DNA of 64,000 bases from the human T2T-CHM13v2.0 reference genome, Homo sapiens. The DNA lies in the NCBI RefSeq assembly GCF_009914755.1, contig NC_060945.1; one strand, written 5' to 3'. Below, piece by piece: positions 63,286-64,000 of the stretch. The translations under genes and the position numbers were made by a program. The notes below the pieces were generated by a model that did no database searches, was not told the DNA's origin, and was given only the letters and a program-made list of their open reading frames with translations. Numbering within the stretch: position 1 is the stretch's first letter; each line of letters begins with the position of its first letter.

Positions 63286-64000
63286 CTGAAACAGGAGTGT
63301 TCCCTTGACCCCTTTGCAGGACTTGTGACATGAGTGACTTGTTTACTTGTTTACCATGCTGAATCCCTTATGGAAGGAAGCACATGAGTGGATGGGTGTG
63401 GGAACCAGAGCAAATGAATGTGGAACTGGCCTGTGGCTCCTCTCCGGCGGGAGCAAGCTTTGTGTGGGTTCTGCAGCAGTGTCAAAGTGTGTTACAATAG
63501 TCTTTTAGCTCTGCGGTCTGGGAGGGGCTGTCTGCGACCCCCAGAGCCCCAGAGGGCATGTGTTACAATCAGTGCTCCTTTAACATTTGCTGTCTGTGGA
63601 TGGCTAAGTGTTAACCAGCTCAGTGGAAGGTCAGGGTGACAGCCTTTTACACTTTGCTGTCTTGGTACCTGAGTTCTGATCCAGCGTCCAGGAAGAATCA
63701 GGTCACATGAACAAATTGAAGGTGGTGAATGTGGAGGACTTTATTGAGTGGTAAAAGTGGGCCTCAGTGGGAAAGGGAGCTGGAAAGGGGATGGAGTGGG
63801 AAGATAATCTTCCCCTGGAGCCCGGGTGTCTCCAGCTGAACTCCTCTCTGACCATAGTTTCTGACCTCCAGCTGCTTCTTCTCATCTCAATATCCAGACA
63901 CTTCTCTCTTCTGTGTGTGTGTCCACTGAGTCTGGGGCTTGGGGTTCTTATGGGCACAGGATAGGGGGTGGTGTGGGGTGGGCCAAAAGGCAACAATCAG
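63286..64000 (-). mobile_element. ERV1 LTR of the LTR1/LTR27/LTR28/MER52 group, runs off the window
   Basis: tgaaacaggagtgttcccttgacccc...tccagcgtccaggaagaatcaggtcaca...actttattgagtgg. Confidence 0.7.

Overview
Primate, very probably human, repeat-dense genomic DNA with no intact protein-coding gene that I can support. It reads as a mosaic of duplicated blocks of the pericentromeric segmental-duplication type. Main landmarks: (1) a ~3.3 kb GC-rich diverged tandem array (~300 bp unit, 10.8-14.15 kb) that starts exactly where an Alu and an MLT1 LTR are cut off; (2) an old L1 cut off in ORF2 and fused to an unprocessed, disabled copy of LONRF2 exon 1 plus intron start (21.1-21.9 kb); (3) a CpG-island promoter and first exon with no recognisable coding frame (39.6-40.6 kb), probably a lncRNA; (4) a full-length but dead L1PA5/6-type element with a MER11 solo LTR inserted in ORF2 (42.2-49.4 kb); (5) the most distinctive feature, a 1.3 kb young L1 insertion (L1HS pre-Ta-like) bounded by a perfect 15 bp TSD, made of an inverted L1 3' end plus a ~675 bp 3'-transduced segment, i.e. 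twin priming on the source element's own poly(A) (52.1-53.4 kb). The rest is Alu, L2, MIR, MaLR/ERV LTRs and simple repeats. Repeat subfamily names come from recalled consensus features rather than a search, and most boundaries are approximate unless a TSD is quoted. I found no evidence for a new multi-gene system; the interesting signals are structural and evolutionary.
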